Source: Calditrichia bacterium
Lineage (GTDB): Bacteria; Calditrichota; Calditrichia; RBG-13-44-9; J075
DNA: 64,000 nucleotides
NCBI GenBank assembly: GCA_050633245.1
Contig: JBOEGD010000027.1
Span: 104,339-168,338 of the forward strand
Direction of reading: 5' to 3'
Positions within the stretch are counted from its first letter, which is position 1, and the number at the start of each line of letters is the position of its first letter. The notes under the pieces were generated by a model, which was not told the DNA's origin, did not search any database, and saw only the letters and a list, made by a program, of their open reading frames with translations. Both the position numbers and the translations under genes were made by a program. Positions 60,203-64,000 of the stretch are shown in pieces.

Positions 60203-61219
60203 CTAATTGATTTTGCTGTTATAAATTAATTCGATAGCCTCAATCGTTTTGATTCCTTCATCGCCTTCTATAACATGATGTCGCTCATTCAGTAACGCAG
60301 CGGCAACATTTCGATAGAGTTTATCATGGTTCGAGCTGCTGCCTTGATACTTGCTGCCATAATCATTCGGCTTATCAACATATTCAATATCCTCTTGCAA
60401 AGGATACGACATTACGTCCCAGAACTCTATTTTATTAAGGTATCTACCGCCGATCTTAATTGTCCCTTTTTCACCGATGATAGTAATACTACCTTCATAA
60501 TTTTTGTTATATACACATGTAGTCCAATTTAAAGCACCGGTTACACCGCTGGAGAAATCAAGTAAAGTGTGGCCACAATCCTCTATTTCAATATCATGAT
60601 TCCGTGTCGAAAGATGAGTGCTTGCTTTTGTGATATCTCCAAACCACCAGATCAACAGATCTATAAAGTGGCTTACCTGGGTATACAGTGCCCCACCTTC
60701 TAACGACTTACTTCCTCGCCAGTTAGAATCGGAGTAATACTCCTGATTGCGGTTCCACAGAACGTTGCATTCCACCATATATACTTTGCCTAGCTTGTCG
60801 GCAATCAATGCCTCGCGCGTGAGTCCAATCGGCACATTAAACCGATTTTGTTTAACTACCATTAGTCGCATATCGTTGCGCTTGGCAGCTTCGATCATTC
60901 TATGGCAATCGGCAACCGAAAGAGCCATCGGTTTTTCTACCAGCACATGTTTGCCCGCCTCGGAAGCCTGAATAGACATGTCAGCATGCAGCCCATGCGG
61001 TGTGCAAATTGAAATTACATCAATTGTACTATCCTGCAGCATTTCTTCATACGACTCGTAGCTTTTACAATTGTATGAGGCGGCATATTTTTGACTACGT
61101 TCATTTTCTATGTCATAAATGCCTGCAAGTCGGGTCGATTCAAGCTCGTCTAACAGGTGAACATGGCGTCGACCAATATTGCCACATCCGGCAACTCCAA
61201 ACATAACAGATTTTTGCAT
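60203..61219 (-). CDS. Gfo/Idh/MocA oxidoreductase (WlbA/WbpB-like nucleotide-sugar dehydrogenase)
   Basis: Motifs GCGNIG, TPHGLH, VEKPM, VKQNRFN and WRG....GG....Q.SH. Confidence 0.9.
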   Translation of the reverse strand: MQKSVMFGVAGCGNIGRRHVHLLDELESTRLAGIYDIENERSQKYAASYNCKSYESYEEMLQDSTIDVISICTPHGLHADMSIQASEAGKHVLVEKPMALSVADCHRMIEAAKRNDMRLMVVKQNRFNVPIGLTREALIADKLGKVYMVECNVLWNRNQEYYSDSNWRGSKSLEGGALYTQVSHFIDLLIWWFGDITKASTHLSTRNHDIEIEDCGHTLLDFSSGVTGALNWTTCVYNKNYEGSITIIGEKGTIKIGGRYLNKIEFWDVMSYPLQEDIEYVDKPNDYGSKYQGSSSNHDKLYRNVAAALLNERHHVIEGDEGIKTIEAIELIYNSKIN

Positions 61220-61223
61220 TTGT

Positions 61224-62684
61224 TCAACCTCCCTGACCCGGACGTAAATGTCTGACCAGCGTTGTAAAAAAATCTTTGATTTCGTCTGCCCTAACCAGTC
61301 TATTCACAATCAGCAACACCGGCAGAAACATAAAAACAACTGATTTTGCTCCAAGTGTATACCAAAAAGAGCCCAATTGAAGCTGATAACCGACAGCTAT
61401 CAACAATGTTGCGAACAGCAATGCCCGTAACAGAATAATCGGAGAGTGTGGTACGTGATAAAATTTTTGGGAAAAATACATATTAATGGAAAAAATAAGC
61501 ATATAACTGAACAGGGTTGCCAGAGCGGCACCGAGAATACCCAGCCATTGGAGCAATACCCAATTAAGGATAACATTTATTACTCCGCCAGCAATATTAA
61601 TAGTGGCAAGATAACCGGTTTTACGTGCAATACCAAGTCCGGGTGTAAAAATATACATTTGGGACAAAAAGGTAGAGACAACGAGTGAGGGAATGACAAT
61701 TGCTGCTCCATAGTAGGCCGGAGTGGTAAGCAGCATCAACATTTCCAGACCGAAAAGACTCAAAAAACCGGTAACAAGCACTGCAACAAATAGAAACAAT
61801 CTGAAGATCCGCGCCAACTCATCACGGGTTTTATCGTCGCGAAATGAGGCATAAATAAGCGGAGTTAATGCTGTGATCATTCCTGCCATCAAAACACTAA
61901 CCAATGAGGCCACTCGGAAACCAATACCATAAAGCCCAAGCTCGCTAAGCGATAACATGCTTTTAATAAATATGCGGTCCACATAGGAAAGGAAGAATAA
62001 GCCAACGCCTGATGGTACCAACGGCAAGCTGTAGGCAAGCATCTCCCTGAGCATTGGCAAATTTAGTTTAAAAACATAGTTCTCACGGGAAAATGAGTAA
62101 GCTATAAGCGACGCAACCGCCCCCGCAATTGACTGTGCCCAGAAAACGCCGATAACACCAGTTTTCATAATCAATATAAATACAACATTCAGACTGAGGC
62201 TGATAACTGAAAAAGCAATCGACGAAAGAGCGTGTTTAATTGGTTTAATACTTGCCTGAAGCTGAACCTGAAAGACATAAAACAGCTTCATAGCAAATAT
62301 ACTTACTCCGGCTGCCTGTACCACTCGCCATGCGTATGGATCTGCGTCCTCATAAAGCCAGGTACCGAGCGGCTTTGCAAAGAGCTCGATGCCCAGTAGA
62401 AATATGCCCAAGGTAAATACAGAGAAGTAGAGGGCATTCGAGGCTATTATCTGGCGTTTTGCCGGCTCTTTGGCATCGGGGAAAAGTCTTCCCACGGCCT
62501 GAGTAATTTCCAGAGGAAAGACCGTTCCGGCAATCATCGCTATAACGGCAATAAAATCGATGATGCCGTAATCGGCCGGGGTTAGGACACGGGTGTAAAA
62601 AGGCACCAAAATAAAAGCTATTCCACGACTCAACAAATTACTGACGGAGTAAATACCGCTATTCTTCAAAAACTCTTTTAACAT
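61224..62684 (-). CDS. wzx: Polysaccharide flippase (Wzx)
   Basis: Many TM helices; P.YTRVL.P.DYG, DRIFI, LGLY..G.R and GILGAALAT. Confidence 0.88.
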   Translation of the reverse strand: MLKEFLKNSGIYSVSNLLSRGIAFILVPFYTRVLTPADYGIIDFIAVIAMIAGTVFPLEITQAVGRLFPDAKEPAKRQIIASNALYFSVFTLGIFLLGIELFAKPLGTWLYEDADPYAWRVVQAAGVSIFAMKLFYVFQVQLQASIKPIKHALSSIAFSVISLSLNVVFILIMKTGVIGVFWAQSIAGAVASLIAYSFSRENYVFKLNLPMLREMLAYSLPLVPSGVGLFFLSYVDRIFIKSMLSLSELGLYGIGFRVASLVSVLMAGMITALTPLIYASFRDDKTRDELARIFRLFLFVAVLVTGFLSLFGLEMLMLLTTPAYYGAAIVIPSLVVSTFLSQMYIFTPGLGIARKTGYLATINIAGGVINVILNWVLLQWLGILGAALATLFSYMLIFSINMYFSQKFYHVPHSPIILLRALLFATLLIAVGYQLQLGSFWYTLGAKSVVFMFLPVLLIVNRLVRADEIKDFFTTLVRHLRPGQGG

Positions 62685-64000
62685 CTATAGCCCAACGCCC
62701 ATTCCATTTATAGGAGCTGGAGATGGCTTGACGTTAATTTGCCTGCGAGCTTCGTTGCTACGTCCCCCCAGATATTGCCGATGCCAAAGCTCGCTATTGA
62801 AAATTCGCCAGAGCATCGTATCGAACGGGCGTTTTCCATCCAGAAAATCCTGTAACATTGTTATGGCCTGGTCTCTTTTATATTGGGCATCGGCAGGAAT
62901 GCTATGAAACACATCTTGAAAGACAGTCCGGCCGGCTCCTCTAATCCACATTTCTTCGGCTGTCGCAAATCCGATTTTCCTAACTCTGTCCAGCACCTTG
63001 CTAGGCAGAATATCTTTCATCGCTTCACGATAAATCCACTTGCAGCTTCCGGCCCGAATCTTCATTTCTGCAGGTAGCGTAAAGCTGAATTCTACCAAGC
63101 GGTGATCGAGAAACGGCACCCTGGATTCCACAGAAAAAGCCATGGAATTGCGATCGACATTACGCAAAATCCCTGGGAGTATATCCCGCATTGTCTGTAA
63201 ATACATACGTCTATTAAACAGCCCCGCTTTTCCCTTAATACGTCTATTTAACTCATCCAACGACTCCAGATAAGTAGACTCCCGAAAACCCTTTTCAAAT
63301 ATCTCAGGTTGAAACAACTTGGCAGCAGCAGCCATATCAGCAGCATGCCGTTTGAACCGAGCCATTCCAGGAAATTCAAGCATTAAAACTTTAGCAATCC
63401 TGCCAAATGGTACCGGATACAATTTGCGGCGCTCACGATAGTCAGAAAAAAACTTTACGAATCTGCCGGTCGCTAAATCCTCTGCCATACGAGCTTCCAT
63501 CATAGTCGTATAGTAACCGCCAATCATTTCATCTGGCCCTTGGCCGTCAAGCGTTACAGTGACCCCGGACTTACTTACCAGTTCAAATACTTTCCATCCC
63601 GCAAAAATGCTGGTGCTTATAAATGGCTCATCATGATGCCAAACCAGTTTTTCGACGTCTTCCAGCAGCGCATCAGCTGTCGGTTGTGTAAAATGAGGTT
63701 CAACCTGTGTACGGTCAATAACCGCTTGAGCATAGTCGCTTTCATCGAAGCGCAGATCTTCTGACGTCGCGGTAAACGTTTTCTGAATTGCAGAAGGATT
63801 TTTTTCGCGAATTAATTTATCAGCGATGCAAACGATTCCGCTGGAATCCAATCCACCGGAAAGGCATGTACCTACAGGCACATCGGCACGCAGACGCAGG
63901 CGCACGGCATCGGTTAAAAGCTCGCGATACCTGTCTGCACAGTCTTCATCGGAGGCAATTGTGCGTCGCGAAAGGTCAATATCCCACCAGCATTGCGGAA
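62685..64000 (-). CDS. asnB: Asparagine synthetase-like amidotransferase (AsnB family), 5' end outside the window
   Basis: Motifs ADVPVG..LSGGLDSS, LDGQG.DE..GGY and DRNSMAFSVESRVPFLDHRLVE; the frame stays open to the window edge. Confidence 0.9.
   Translation of the reverse strand, partial: PQCWWDIDLSRRTIASDEDCADRYRELLTDAVRLRLRADVPVGTCLSGGLDSSGIVCIADKLIREKNPSAIQKTFTATSEDLRFDESDYAQAVIDRTQVEPHFTQPTADALLEDVEKLVWHHDEPFISTSIFAGWKVFELVSKSGVTVTLDGQGPDEMIGGYYTTMMEARMAEDLATGRFVKFFSDYRERRKLYPVPFGRIAKVLMLEFPGMARFKRHAADMAAAAKLFQPEIFEKGFRESTYLESLDELNRRIKGKAGLFNRRMYLQTMRDILPGILRNVDRNSMAFSVESRVPFLDHRLVEFSFTLPAEMKIRAGSCKWIYREAMKDILPSKVLDRVRKIGFATAEEMWIRGAGRTVFQDVFHSIPADAQYKRDQAITMLQDFLDGKRPFDTMLWRIFNSELWHRQYLGGRSNEARRQINVKPSPAPINGMGVGL

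Noticed and set aside
422-63764. Numerous short ORFs antisense to or nested in long genes
   Set aside because: They are shadow ORFs of well-supported genes and show no recognisable motifs.
1-64000. tRNA (including selC), rRNA, integrase or transposase genes
   Set aside because: None was recognised by eye. The Sec machinery, if present, must lie outside this window.

Overview
Bacterial window using genetic code 11 (several genes end in TGA). Gene content suggests the FCB superphylum, probably Calditrichota/KSB1-like; this is an inference from the QNYPNPFNPST-type C-terminal sorting domain, the stand-alone GlmU N-terminal domain and the metallo-Omp85. From left to right: htpG and an RluA-family gene; an Omp85 (zincin + PD40 + barrel)/BamB-like/PEGA operon; Glu-type and Pro dehydrogenases; a degenerate thioredoxin-fold protein and a degenerate PP2C membrane protein; a 7-repeat Ig-like secreted protein; housekeeping genes; and the SpoIIM/DUF4129/DUF4350/MoxR/DUF58/RDD cluster. 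A small redox locus follows, then namZ, SDR, HAD, a TPR-HTH protein, lutBC, and about 20 kb of a Wzx/Wzy polysaccharide cluster with a carbamoyltransferase and an ACP-dependent acylation module. The main find is at 33478-34149, where the ORF track misses the true N-terminus. A signal peptide leads in frame through TGA-GTA-GGC-TGA (U-V-G-U), followed at once by SECIS-like hairpins, into a Cys-free, beta-barrel-like domain. This predicts an exported UxxU di-selenoprotein with a non-thioredoxin fold. It is preceded by a coupled 20-aa leader ORF and followed by an exported YHS-TlpA thioredoxin and a NIP-like aquaporin. All annotations come from reading motifs by eye; no database searches were run.
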